From Paragordius varius (taxonomy: Eukaryota; Animalia; Nematomorpha), in contig OZ176053.1 of NCBI GenBank assembly GCA_964247055.1, positions 992,001 to 1,056,000 on the forward strand: a stretch of 64,000 nucleotides of DNA, given 5' to 3'. Shown here one piece after another: positions 12,003-25,716 of this stretch. The notes below the pieces were generated by a model that did not search any database, had not been told where the DNA came from, and saw nothing but the letters and a program-made list of their open reading frames with translations. Positions within the stretch are counted from its first letter, which is position 1, and each line of letters starts with the position of its first letter. The translations under genes and the position numbers were made by a program.

Positions 12003-13896
12003 TCTAGTGATAACAAATATTAAAAATGGATAAAACAAAAAGATTCCTATTTTATGAAATAACATTACAAGAATTGTTATAATGAAGCTTAATAAATTTA
12101 TATTAACAGTTAATCCAATACAATAAAATTTAATTATTTATTTGGGACAGATATTATCTACTGACTGTGGAAAATAAAATAAAAAAAAATGTTTTTAATT
12201 ACAAATAATATACCCATCCATCTATTGTAATAAATATTCAACAATCTTTTTTAAGCCTTAAGGTTATTCTAAGATAGGTATAATTAAAATAATGGGTATG
12301 GTATTGTAAACCAGCGTTTCATATTTTTCATCGAATGATAACACAATTTGAATTAAGCTATAAACTACTTAAATTTTGCATATATACCTTTTAAAATTCA
12401 AATTCATTCTTAAACAATTCAAATTCAACCTAAAAATATATGTCTTTTTTAAGATTGAAAAATTACCTATATTTTATGTATATTTTTAAAAAAAATTGTT
12501 TTAAAAAAAATAATACTGAAAAAAAAATAAATTATGCCGCAAAAGTATATTTCGTATTAATAATAATGAGTTATATTGGTTCGAAAACACATAATTTCGT
12601 TTTAGGGTGAATTTAAATTGTTCAAGGGTGAATTTGAACTGTAAATGGTAATTATATATATATATTGTACAAAGATAAATTTAAATTATAAATGTTTTAA
12701 TTTCATTTACCGAAATACATTGTAATACAAGTGACAAGTATCAAACGGGTAACCAGACTCCAAAATGTTTTGAACGATGAATGAAGCATCACCAAAGGTA
12801 GGCGATATTTTCCCAACATTGTTAAATGTTAACAATATATTTTTGGCATACAATCTAGGAATAAGAATAAATTTAATCAAAATACATATTATAATCATCT
12901 ATCTATCTATATATTTTAGCTGAGATGTTAAACAAAAAAAGCTAAATTTAAAAAATAACAAAGGGTTCCCTCAATCCTCTAAAATTGAGCGTTAATAACT
13001 TCTTTAAACCAAGGGTGGCTAACGTGCGGTTATTGTTTTTGAAGAAAACGTTTTTATGAATAAAATATGAAAAATATATTTCATTTATCGATTTTTCTAA
13101 GGAATAATACTTATGAATTAAAATGATATTTTTTATTTGATACAGAGTATACCATAAAATCAGGTAAAAACATTATTTTTTGTAAAACAGCCATGTTTAA
13201 CGTATTTATTTGGAAAAATGGGAAAAAATCAATTTTATATATATTACAATTTCAATCTTATAGCTTATTTAGTAAGGATCGGCATGTCTTTATAAATCCA
13301 AAATGTTTTTGTCTTTGTAGTTTAATTTTATAAACAGAACTTTTGACATTTTATCTTTATAAAATAAAATCTTTTTTTAACTTTACACTTACCGCTGTAA
13401 AATGCCTCTGGCTTTATCTCCTACAAGCACTAATTTTGTGTCATAATCCGCACCCTTCTGAAGTCGAACATTCATATCATTTTTGATCATTTTGCAAATG
13501 GAGGAATGTACAGCACCACAGAGACCTCGATCGGACGAAAGGGCAATGATTAAATGCTTTTTCCCACCAATATCTGACGTCGTCTCAGGTGCACTACTTT
13601 CCATTACTGCTGGTTTTTTCTCTTTAATACTTTGGTAAAATGCTTTAAATATGAAAACTAAATATACCTAAAGCACCGAGACCATACGGTTTAGCCGGTT
13701 TTAGTTCTCTTTCGGCACGAGCGTATTTGGCAGCTGACACCATTTTCATAGATTTAGTAATTTTTTGGATGTTTTTGACCGATTTCAAACGCATAGAAAC
13801 TAAAATTATTTATTATAAGTAAAAACTGGTTTTAAGAGTAGCCATGCCCCTAGTTTGGAGCAAAAATCCTCCCGTTTGTCCAGCTATCGAAAGCAT
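10514..13896 (-). CDS. ATP5F1C: Mitochondrial ATP synthase F1 gamma subunit. Exons 13896-13827, 13799-13668, 13642-13393, 12854-12711, 11457-11237, 10614-10514
   Basis: [53 protein letters not shown]...[13 protein letters not shown]...VGDKAR...[54 protein letters not shown]. Confidence 0.97.
11701..11844 (+). repeat. Near-perfect 74-bp tandem duplication inside a MITE-B copy
   Basis: tatgctataaaaatgtatattggtaacacaatcaattatttaatttaaaattgtatatttcatagtttaa begins at 11701 and again at 11775. Confidence 0.9.
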
Positions 13897-15624
13897 GTGG
13901 AACGCTTGTATATGAATGTGGGTAAACTAAGGCAAAACAGATGATAGTCATAAAAATAAATTATTATTTCTTTTATATGTTTTTACCTAGCTTTCATATC
14001 TTTTGGAATGTTAATTATTAAAAAGTAGAGCAGAAAAAGCGTTAAAAATATTTAGGCAATTTATGATAACAAGGTGATGGTATTAATAATTTAAGATTAA
14101 AGGTGGACGCAAACAATTCTCCCTAAAATAATATATATAAATACTACCAAGAAAATCATTAATACTCAAAATTAACTATCAAACAATGTTTTCATGTGTT
14201 AGATAGAAATGCTTTAATTTTTTACAGTTTTTTCTGTGACTTCTAGAGTCTAAAATTCCTGATCAAAATAAACAGCTCATTGTAAAATAAAAATATATCA
14301 AGCTTTTCTGGTAAATTTAGCCTGAAGTTTTTTAAAGTTAATTATTTACATTTTCTAACTGTAACATACATCTATCTGCATGTTGCAATAGCGATTTCAA
14401 AAGGATATAAACAAACAGTGGCAAAAAGGTTTGAGATGAGGATTTTTTAAAAATTTTACATTTTTGTAGAATGCAACTAAAAGGATTAAAAACATATATT
14501 TAAATTTGGATTAATACCTTATATACTCCTTAAAATATTAAAATTTTAAATCGCTCCGGGATATAAAACTACCCCAAAAGGTAATAGAGTGTTAATAGTT
14601 TTTTTTGAATGCTAAGAATTAATAATTTTTATTGGTATATGAATAGGGTAACCAGATATTTTGAAAGAAAAATCAGGACAAATCTGAGTAAGGGGGGGAG
14701 GGGGTAAAAGCAAAAAATTTTATACAAAAAATTTATTGTAATATTTTATCATTTTTAAAACAAATCTATATATTTATAAAAACGTAAAGGTGATCAGTTT
14801 CCGGAAAACCGGTAGACCCATTCAAAATCAAATATCGTAAAAATATAATCTTTAACGAATGCCCCGACAATACGGCCTTTTTGAATTAGGCCCACAGTTG
14901 GGCCCATCCCGTGTAAAAAAGGGTTTTTTTTCAAAAAGAAATCCACAAAAATCGTTTCTTTAAGACAATTTTCCTGAAAACGTGTTGTACCGATTTCAAA
15001 TATAATTTTTTTACTTATTTTCAATCGCGCCGAACACAGTCGGCTCGCTTTTTTAATTAGCCCTCTTTTTACCCGTTCCCGCTGTTGTCATTTTTTTCAA
15101 AAAAACTAAGTCCACAAGAATTATTTTTTGAATCTATTTTTTGCCCATAATGTGAGACCTTAAAAATTCAAAAGGATTTCAGGTACTTCCTGTTTCGCTA
15201 AAAACTGATCCGTCATATCGTAATAGTCTGCGTTTGGGGCTAAATTTCAGAAAGCCTATCAAGCCATATGAGTTCGATAGCTGCTTAAACTACCCGTAAC
15301 AAGGAAAAAAATTAGATCGTGCGGCGTTTAAAAATTAGGCATTAATTAGGCCTTTACGCCCAGAAAAATGCGCCACCATATGATAATCTTTAAATTTTGA
15401 GGCAATTTTCCGAAAACTAATGAGAGCATATGGAATCAATCATAATTCCAGGTATTCTCCGTAAAAAGGCAAAAATTTTAATCAAGCGCTTTTTTGTATC
15501 AGCCTCTGGGTAGGGATCTACCCGCCTACAATGCGCCATCATATCGATACAACTTTCCTTTGGAGCCAAATTACAGAAATGAGAATATGTGAGCTCAATA
15601 AGGGCCTAAAAATATTTATTAACC

Positions 15625-16495
15625 CTTAAATAAGTATTTTAGTACAGGGAGTTATTTTAATCAGTCAAAAGAAAGCTTAGATTACCAAATGACATAAAGG
15701 TACGAACATCTCAAACATCAGAAATCGTAACCATATTATTGATCAAGGTTATAAAAAGCATTGGATAACAGATTCAATAAACAATATATTAAACCCAAGA
15801 GAAAAACAAAATCCGCCCGAAAAATGTATTTGCCTGACTTATAACAATACATCCAAAAAAGTTAACAATATTATTACAAAAAAGGATGTACGTGTTTATT
15901 ACAAACCACCAAAGAATTTATTAAGTTTGTTAAGACCACGCCGAGAACCAAAAAACAAATGTACAGTCTACCACAAAAGATGTAATGATTGGCCAGCGCA
16001 CTATATTGGACAATCTAAACGCCCTATAAATATTAGAGAAAAAGAACACAACAGAAAAGGTTCGGCCATCTACGACCATCGCAACAATACAGGTCATACC
16101 TTCGGCCCAGCATCCATTGTAGCACAAGCCGACAAATTATCCGATAGGTTGATTTTGGAGGCTTGTTTTATCCATTCAAACAGTATATACCTCATCAACA
16201 GAAGAGAAGAGAGTAAAGTCTAAACAAAGTCACAAAAGACTTCCTAAAAGAAACAGATTACTTCAAAATATTTACCACACCAAGGAAAAAACAATAACAC
16301 ATGCACATCACTTTGCATTTTTTGTTATCATAATTTATAATTATATTTTTCAAATTTTGTTTTAATTAATCTTATTATTATTTATCTTTATTTTAGTTAT
16401 CCATTGAAAAAGATACTCTCATGTATCGAAAATTTTGGATATAGTTTGAATTCAATAAATTTTACGAGAATACAAATTATTATTTTAGCTAAAAA
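15625..16495 (+). mobile_element. 5'-truncated Penelope-like retroelement (linker plus GIY-YIG endonuclease, 3' non-coding tail); ends approximate
   Basis: Stop-free frame 15693-16223 (177 codons): ...DQGYKKHWI...LTYNNTSKKVNNII...VYYKPPKNLLSLL...TVYHKRCNDWPAHYIGQSKRPINIREKEH...LILEACFI. This is the typical PLE GIY-YIG layout (VY-x-CxxC-xxYIGxT/SxR..RxxEH). Confidence 0.8.
16398..16441 (+). ncRNA. Minimal type I hammerhead ribozyme motif (U3/A8 variant) in the PLE 3' tail
   Basis: TATCCA (helix I) TTGAAAA A GATAC-tctcat-GTATC (helix II) GAA AATT T (palindromic helix III and H17) TGGATA (helix I'). Confidence 0.65.
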
Positions 16496-17259
16496 AAAGC
16501 TTTACGCCCTGAAAAATTCGGCGCCATAGAACAATTTTTACATTTGGACATTATATCCAGATATTCCCCAAATAAAGACAAAAATTTTGCCGCTTTTTAT
16601 ACCTGCCTCTGGGTAAGAAGCTAACCCCAAAAACTGTGCCACTATATAGAAATTGCGTTGTTTTGGAACTAATTTAAAAACTTATGCTATATGAACTCAC
16701 ATTAAGTTTGAAATATTACCTGCAACTAGGTAAAAATTAAGGTCAGGCCTTTTTTTATTAGCCGTTAATTTGGGATATTTATGCAATAAAAATACGCCAT
16801 TATATAACGATTATTTAGAGTTGAGGTATTCGAATAACCCATTAGACAAAGGTCTCAAAGATGATTCCAAATATTTTCCCTGTGAAGGCAAAAAAATTTA
16901 ACTTAGCGCTTTTTCCATATAGGCCTATGGGTAGGGGACAGGGTTAAAACTGAGACGCCATACAAAAATGGAGTGGCTTTGGAGCTAATTTTCAAAAAAA
17001 GAGAAGCCATACTAGTTCAATAAGGCTTTAAATATTACTCATAAAAAGGTAAAAATTATATTATAGCGGTATTTTCCGTTAGCCGTCAATTTGGGGCCTT
17101 CACACCAGTAAACCATATATTAGTATTAAAGCACCGTCTTATTTTATTGTCCCTTTTTTCATATAGCCCCCCAGAAGTCGGTAAGACTTTCTCGTGCTGC
17201 CTAGCAGCACGAGATTTACGCTAGTACATTATAAATATAAATAAATATTTTATTCTTTG

Positions 17260-19053
17260 GTATATTTTTTATTGAGTGAATGCGTTTTAGCAGATTGTCA
17301 TCATTTTTTTAAATATTGTGGAAGTTTTCACAAGAATCTTAAATTATATTTGACAGATGAAATGGCCATTGAAGTTTCAACATTTAAATTTGATTAATGT
17401 CACACCAGATTACTGTGTAAAAAACGCGCTCAGTAGTGTTCCAGGTAAAGATAGTGCGAATTCCACAATTTTTAAAATATTATTGTATAGAACATAGTTT
17501 GTTTTAAAAAGATGAATTATTTCTAACCATTTCAATTCTACTCTATTTTTTCTGTTGTCCATAATTTAAGTTTTTTATTATTAATAGATCATTTTCTGAA
17601 AGATTACTTTTTGTGAATTTTTTAGAGATGCAAATGTATTCAAATGATTTTTGATTCGCACCAATTAAATTCTAATTTTAATGTTATCCAATAAAGGATG
17701 ATTTCATTGAATTCCACCGTCCAGAGATAAAAATAGGATTTTAAAGGATCCTAAATTTTTTAAATTCTTTCGATAGCAGGCAGAAGAGCTAACAAACAAG
17801 TTTTATAATATCCAAGCATTTTTACAAAATTCCTTAAGCGTTTCAACGCGCACCGTGAATGAAAAAAAATAGGAATATCTTTTAACAACTACATTTCCCA
17901 CATTCAGGTGTAACAAATCAGCAGCTGTTTGAATAGCGTTGTGATTATATGCGCTGCACACCCAACGCCAATAATGTTTTGAATAGGATTGATTATCTGC
18001 TAATTTATAAAAAAAAATTTTTTTTGTTCCCCTCCTTGCTTTCCCACCGAAGTTCGTATTGATGTTGTCAGCGCAATATGCGATGATTTTATCTTTTAAA
18101 TTTATTTTCTAGAATATTCATTATTGAAGTAAATATGTCGGAATTTTCACCGAGTAGAGACATAAAATCTAAAATTTTAATTTTTACTCCGGTTTCTGGA
18201 TCAAAATATCTTATTAAAGTGGGAAAGAATTTTGTTTCCTTGTGATTTGATGCATCAGAGTATAGCGATATGAAATTAATTTTCAGTAGATCTTTTTGTA
18301 TTTCAGAGAATGCATGTGGCAAAAATACATTGCATACAATGGCTTCAGCCCTTGTACGGGCACATGTAAATATTTTATTGAATAAGGTACAAATAACGTG
18401 TGAGGTACAATCCATAGATCTAAAGGAATAATCGTGATTAACGGCGTGAAAAGATAAAACGCCTTCGGCTAGTGCCAAATTATTTTCTTCCATTCCAAAA
18501 GCGGTTTTTCGATAAAAATCGCTCTTTTTGTAAGATGATGCCGCCTCTAAACATTTTTTATTTTCTGTGTTACTATATGCTTTGTAATATCATGCTTGCC
18601 GCTATGTGCTAGGGTAAATTCCCCCTGTCATAAAAACAAACAAATGATTCATCCTTCGTTTTTTTAAAAAAGAATTTTTTTTATTAATTCATCGTTGAAT
18701 TTACAACCTCTTTTATACTCATAATTTTAATAATATTAGTATAAAAAAATATTATATTACCTTAATTTTGTGGAGTAAACATATAAGCTACCGATTTGTG
18801 GTATTATTTGTTTTTTATAATGTTGGCAGTAGCATTAGGAAGCAAAGTGTATAATCATATGATATAAATTCGAAAAAATAAATTTTAATTTAAAAATAAA
18901 AATTTTAAATTTAAAATTAATATAGATTTTAAAGATAACTAATGATAAAAAATTTAAACGGATAAAAAAAATATTTCTTTTATAAAAAACTCAAATGTAT
19001 TTAAAAAACTTTTTTTTATATAATCGTGAAAAGCGGGACGTTTGGTCACCCTA
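17260..19053 (-). mobile_element. Decayed hAT DNA transposon (transposase pseudogene with one TIR)
   Basis: ORF 18089-18493 ...FISLYSDASNHKETKFFPTLIRYF... continues with frameshifts into IIAYCADN.NTNFGG and EFALSLPGT (hAT dimerisation region). 5' TIR TAGGGTGACCAAACGTCCCGC read on minus from 19053; the other TIR was not found. Confidence 0.85.
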
Positions 19054-19327
19054 TATATACTACTTATTCTTTTAGATTGTCTAATAAGGAATAGAGAAAT
19101 ATAAAATATTTAGTTTTTTATAAATATCAGGAGCGATTTAAAAAGTATAAATATTTATATATATAAATATATATAAAAATGATTGACTTTTATGTTTTGC
19201 CTTATAATTTTATTTTATACTGTATAATTGAATCGAAATGTCAACAAATAAAATTTTACTCAGCCACGCAAATGTATCATATCTATACAACATTTATTAA
19301 TTAATAATTTTTATATATATACAAAAA

Positions 19328-22300
19328 TTATTCCCCCGTTTTTTGCCGTTTTGGTGATGAAACGTTAATTGTTTTATTGGGGCCATTATTTTCTAGTTTA
19401 TTCGATAAATTTTGAGCAGTTGGATGGCCTTCATTCACATCCATATCTTGAACAGTTTCACTATTATCTGTAGAAATATTAAAATAAACTAAAAATGTAA
19501 TATGTAAAATATTTAGTTTTTAGATAGGAAAGGGGTTTTTTGCAAAGCGAGTATTTTTTAGACCCTTAAGTTTTAATTAAAGTTTATAGAGTTTTAGTTC
19601 TAAGTAGCGTTTAAAATCTTTTAAGTACATATATTCGTTCGCGATATTTAAAACCATTAGGGGTCTAAAAATATAGTTTACTTGGGAAAATAATCTCGTT
19701 AACTGTGTATTTATATTGAAAAAGTTTTTATGTATTACATATTTGAGCTCAAATATTTGTAATAAAGGGCATCAACAAAAATATCGACTTGATAACAGAA
19801 ATATATACTAGATTTTGTGACAGGTTTTGATAACGCGCCAACATTTATCTCATCCATTTTCATGCGTTTAGCCACGGTTTCCAGAAATTCTGAGATGGCG
19901 TTTTTAGGGTTTGTGTCTTTTTTATTATGCAAAAAACACAAAATTAAGTTTAAGCAAAATAAAACATTTTTAATAATAAAATTAATTTTATGATTAATTG
20001 ATATGAGTGGGCATAAAACAAATCAATATATACTTGGGGTTTGTTTGGCTGGCGCTGAAAAGTATGGGTAGAAAAAATGTTTTGTTTCACGGCTCATTAA
20101 CCTTAAAATTTTCCAATCTCGACTTAGCGTGTCACATCTAAAGGAAGAAAAAATTGATATTTAATGACAATAAAAATATTTTAAATAATTTTATTTTATA
20201 TAAAAATAATTATGGTTTTGAAAAAACAGCAATTTAGTTTAAATGTAGCTTTCGCTTCAATTATTAACTATTTACAACGCTCTTTCATTTTCGTATATTT
20301 GTTTGCAATTCCTTAAAATAATGATAACAGCTGATTTTTGGATTAAAAATTTACAAAAAAATCAATCGTAAGATTTGATTTGTATTTCAAATTATTTTAA
20401 ACTATGATGAAACGCAAATTTTATATTCGATTTAGTTAAAAAAACCCATAAAAAAGGTATTTGGTTATAAAAAGACAAATTTTAGTTTTTTTATACATTC
20501 AAAATTTAGCCACCCCAAATTTCTAGGTAATTTCTCTGAAATAATCAAAAACTCCTTTAAAAATATGTATAAAGTTACCCAGCATTTTTTGCAGCGTTAT
20601 TGGGTTCCCCAAAGCCCGAAAAGGCTAGAGCTGTCCTTAGTTCAGGTTTAAAATTTCGATTTTTAGAAGCGCATGCTTTCATATTGTCGGGTTCAAAGTT
20701 CCAAAGGATGTTTAGGTCAGGACTATGGAAATGCCATAATTAATATTAAAATTATATTGACAAAACAAAACTTGTATAAATTTTATCTTAAAAATGCAAA
20801 ATTAAAAATACTAAAGGTTAGGTATAAATATATTTTAAAAGCTTATATTTTGTACCTTAATTTTTGTTTATTGTTTTGGGATAGAACCGTTATTTATATG
20901 GGTTATATAAAATATCTAGTTAAAAATATGGTTTCCTTTTATTTTATTTTTTTAAGGTTTACCTAATCCTAAAATACTTATAAAAGACATGCAAAATAAA
21001 ATTCAATCTTGCATCTGAGGTTTATTTAAAAACATTTTTACAGTAAAAATTGAAATTATACGGACAAAACGTAATATAAAGACAAATATTTTTTTCAAAA
21101 GACAACAACCATACTTTTTAAATCTTAATATAACTCATTGTTTAAAATGGAAATGTATAAAATAATGATATACATATATTAGTAACACAATCAATTTTAT
21201 AATATTACAATTGTAACTAAATGGCTTACAGAGGTAAAATTAAAGTTTAAAAAAGTATGGTTGTCTATGAAATCAAATATTTGTCTTTATATTTTTACAT
21301 TTTGTCCTTATAATTTCAATTTTTACTGTATTTCTAAGGAATCCGATAAATGTATAATTTAACTAAATTCTACTTGCCAAGATATTGGTAAAAAGGTACA
21401 CAGGTAGAAGAATTATCCTCAGTATTTGCGTGTTGATTAATAGGTGTTGTTGTCGTTGTATGATAATGGGTCGGGAAACGTGATCTCAGAGCTAATTTAT
21501 TTTGACTGCAAAATACGTTGCCATGGATACGGCGTTCGAAATAGTTGGCATAAGTAACTTTGTGCTTATCATTAATTACAATGTTGTTAAAATCATCATT
21601 TTTTGCATTGTTGCTTAATGTAGATTGTTCCTGTTGTATGGTTTGAAGTGTTTGAGATGTGACAAAAGCCGGACACCCGTTATTTTTCCAATCATTCCAA
21701 CATCGACCTTCATGAGCAAGTATGGATTGAATTCTGCCCTTAAATGTGGTCGGGTTATGCGGACTTTCTACTGGGGTACTAATTGATCCTACGAATATAT
21801 AGATAGATGTATAGATACAGTAAAAATTTTATTCATAAGAAACCTACATTTTATAGCTTATTCCATTAATTTTACAGAATTCGATGTTTTAATGAGCCTT
21901 CCCTTTAAATATTTTTCCTTGTTAATTACAATACCCCAAAACATTACTAAACAATATATTTTAGAAGGAAGATACAGTAAAAATTGAAATTATACGGACA
22001 AAACGTAAAAAATATAAAGACAAATATTTTTAGTTAATAGACAACTATACTTTTTGAAACCTTAATTTTTGCTATATAAGCTATTTTTAGTTACAATAAT
22101 AAAATATCGAATTGATTGTGTTAGTAATATATATATATATATATATACATATATCTAGTTCACACTTTGCCTTTAAAACAATGAGTTATAATAAAAAAAA
22201 TCAAGATTAAAAAAGTATGGTTGTTTTCTTTTGGAAAAAAAATATTTGTCTTCAAGTTTTTTCTTTGTAAAAAAAGTTTTAACCATTTAGTATGGGGGCC

Positions 22301-25300
22301 GTCAATCTGGTTAAGTAGGAAGAAGTGGTTCCGCTTACAATATTTTTGCTTACAGCTGGCATCGTTGATATAGAGGGCTGTTTTTGACATCCAGGGGTAT
22401 TTAAGATACTATTATTGCTTTTATTACCATTGATGGTATCTATCATATTTTCATCCAAGAGCTATTCATTTTATTTTTAGAAAAGAAAAAAATTAATACA
22501 TTGAAATGTAAAAAATATATTCTTTAAAAATATAAAATAAAATAACAAAACTGTTCAATACTACAATGAAATTATATTAAAAAAATATAAAAAAAATTTT
22601 GTCTAACCATATCTTATATAATTTTTATACCATTTTCCAAAATAGATAATTCCAAATTATTAAACCACCAAAATAATGGTTAATAGAGACTATATAATTA
22701 AAAATAAAATTATTGCTATATATACCATTTACAATTCAAGTTCACCCTTGATCAATTCAACCTCGAAAAATTAAATTCACCTTAAAAATAAATAATGTGT
22801 TTACGGGTAATATAACTCATTATAAATATGAAATATATTTTTATAACTTAGTTAATATTTTTTTAGTATTTTAATTACAAACAAAATTGCTTTTTAAAAA
22901 AAAAATATAGGCAAGATCTAATCTTAAAATACACATAATTTATCTTAGGGTGAATTTGAATTTTGTTCAAGGGTAAATTTGAATTGTTCAAGGCTGAATT
23001 TGAATTGTTCGAGGGTGAATTAAAACTCTAAATGGTATATATACATAAATCTAAGCTTTTTCAAAATTTTAGCATGTATGTATATAGTTTTTACGTCAAA
23101 TAGCGTTTTTTGCAAAGCTTGACATTTGTTTTTCTGTTCGGTTGTAAGGGTTTGCTGTCCGGTTTTGAATCGAGATTCACACGTTAAAAATGTCAGAGTT
23201 AGGAGGCATTGAACAATTATGGTTGTACGAAATTCGTTATCTTCCAATTGCATTTTAAACAGCTGAAAATCGTTATTATGGGATATATATAGTAAAAATT
23301 AAAATTATACTTCGGGTAAAACGTAAAAATATTATAAAGACAAATATTTTTTTTGTTCAAAAAAACAATAACCCCATACTTTTTAAAGATTGTTTAAGGC
23401 AAAGAATGAAAAAGAGATGTACATTGGTAAAACAATAAATAATATATTTCATAATTGCTAAGATTTTAATATGGTTGACGTTTTTTAGAAATAAATGCTT
23501 GTCTTTATATTTTTACGTTTAATCCTTAGTATAATTTCAATTTTTATTGTAAAAACCATTATTACATTAGATCCGGTTAGGTATTTGGCAAAAAAGGTAT
23601 TGGCATCATTGTTTAAAAAAAGAGGTGACAAATTGTTGGTTGTTTTAAGAGCTAACGACGAGGCGACAGCATTTTTAAGCTCTAACCGTCTCAACTGTTC
23701 CGTTTTAAGGTCCCGTCTTCCAGACATTTTGCTTGAAGGATTGTTGTTTGAAAAGCTTAAAGTTAAGTTTGAAAGTTTTTTGTAATTAGAATTTGAACTA
23801 TTTGAACTGTTTTCAGAAGGTAGTTTTGTTAAAGAATTAATACCAGCAGCACTCTTTTTGCTTGGGGATGATTGTAAAAGCATGGCAGTTTGAAGTTTAA
23901 TTTTGGCAGTTTTTATAACGGCAAAAATGGTAAGGACTTCGTCTAGTTTCTATGGCGCATTACAAAAATAAAATTTATATATTAATCATTTACAGTTCAA
24001 ATTCCCCCTTGAAAAATAACTTATGTGTTTTCGAACTAATATATCTCATTATTAATATGAAATATATCTTTATGGTATAGTTTTTTATTTTTTCAGTATT
24101 ATTTTAATTTTATACAAAATTTCATTTTTTTAAAAATATAAACATATGATTTGAATAATTCAGAAGTGAATTTGATTTGTTTAAGGGTGTATTTCATTCG
24201 TAAATGGTATTGACATTATGTGGGCGGGCCGCAAAAAAAATTTGAAAATATCAAATAAAAACTAAATTATATCATTAGTAAAAATATGCTCATAACATCT
24301 TTCTTAAATTGTCATATTATTTAAACAAAACATTCTGTAAATAATATACCATTTGCAATTCAAATTCATCCTTTTAAACCCTTGAACAATTTAGATTCAC
24401 CCTCAAATAAATTATGTTTTGTAAGATTAAAATTTACCTATATTTTTATAAAATAAAATTTTGTTGTAAATTAATGAAAAAATAATAAACTGAGTTATAT
24501 TTCATATAGGGATAATTTGAATTGCTCGAGGGTAAATTTGAAAGGTTCAAGAATGAATTTAAGAACTGTAAATGGTATGTTATACAAAACATTTACATTT
24601 GTGTTGGAAACACATCTCTTCTTGTATTATCAATAGCGATTTTTTAAAAAAATATTTCACAAAATTACTATTAATAACTGTGAAGCAAACAAAAGCTTTA
24701 TATGATAAAATTTGTAATCTAAAACCAAGAATTAACCAGGAATCACCAAAAAAAATTTCTTTATTTTTCATGGGTAATAAATAATAAACTTTAAATATGC
24801 AACTGTAAAAATATTTTATTTTATTCCTTGAACGGCGTGAAAATTAAATAGTTCCATTTATTTATAAAAAATAAATGTCTTTTAATTTTTGGATTTTGTC
24901 TTTATAATTTTTAATAATAGAAAAAAAACTACTTTAATAAACGAATCCCAAACGGTCGAATCAAAACAGGTGATTGGATCACAGAATACTTTTTGCAGGG
25001 ACCAGAAATCGCTGTAGAATTGATAACTTTCAATCTTTTGCCTGGTAATATGCACAAAGAGCGCGCCTTAATAAAAAGCAATGTTTAAATATCAAATTAG
25101 GCAAAATTCAATGTTTACATTTAACCATTAAGATTGAAAAAAAGTTGTTAGGCATAATAAGCCATAAAACAATTCATTTCATTCTGAAAATATTGTAAAA
25201 AACTATTTTAATAAGTTATTATTGATAATTTTTTATTAACAATTTTTTTACTGGATATCATCGGGATAATCGTGAGAAAAATCTTTGTTGTGTTGATTGA

Positions 25301-25671
25301 GGAATGAAGTGTGCTGTTTTAATTGTTCGAATTCTTGTTCGGTTTCATAATGTGTGACATTCTCCAAATTAAATTGCCCATTCAAATTAAGACCTTTAAA
25401 ATGGTACAAAATAAAGAAATTTAGGTATAAATCAGATTTTTGGATTTATTATAGCAATTATAAATAATAGCAATCAAAATAATATGGATTCCAAATTTTC
25501 TAAGCCTAATATAGAGTTGGAGTTGTAATAGATAAGTTTAAAATTAGTTACCCCATATATTAACAACTTAATTATTAAGGTTTACACAAAAAATTACGAA
25601 TTTAATCCATAAATAATTATTCATTCTATATTGTTTTTTCAATTGACTTTAAACATATTTCATAATTCATT

Positions 25672-25716
<45 letters not shown>

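Larger units (their letters stand above)
14765..17224 (+). mobile_element. Non-autonomous Helitron-like element with internal degenerate ~160-bp subrepeats, interrupted by a Penelope-like insert
   Basis: 5' end A|TCTATATATTTATAAAA at 14764/14765. The 3' end has a perfect 10-bp hairpin CTCGTGCTGC-CTA-GCAGCACGAG (17191-17213) 7 nt before CTAG|T (17221-17225), the classic Helitron terminus in an A|T site. Internal sequence recurs at about 46705-47765. Confidence 0.7.
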
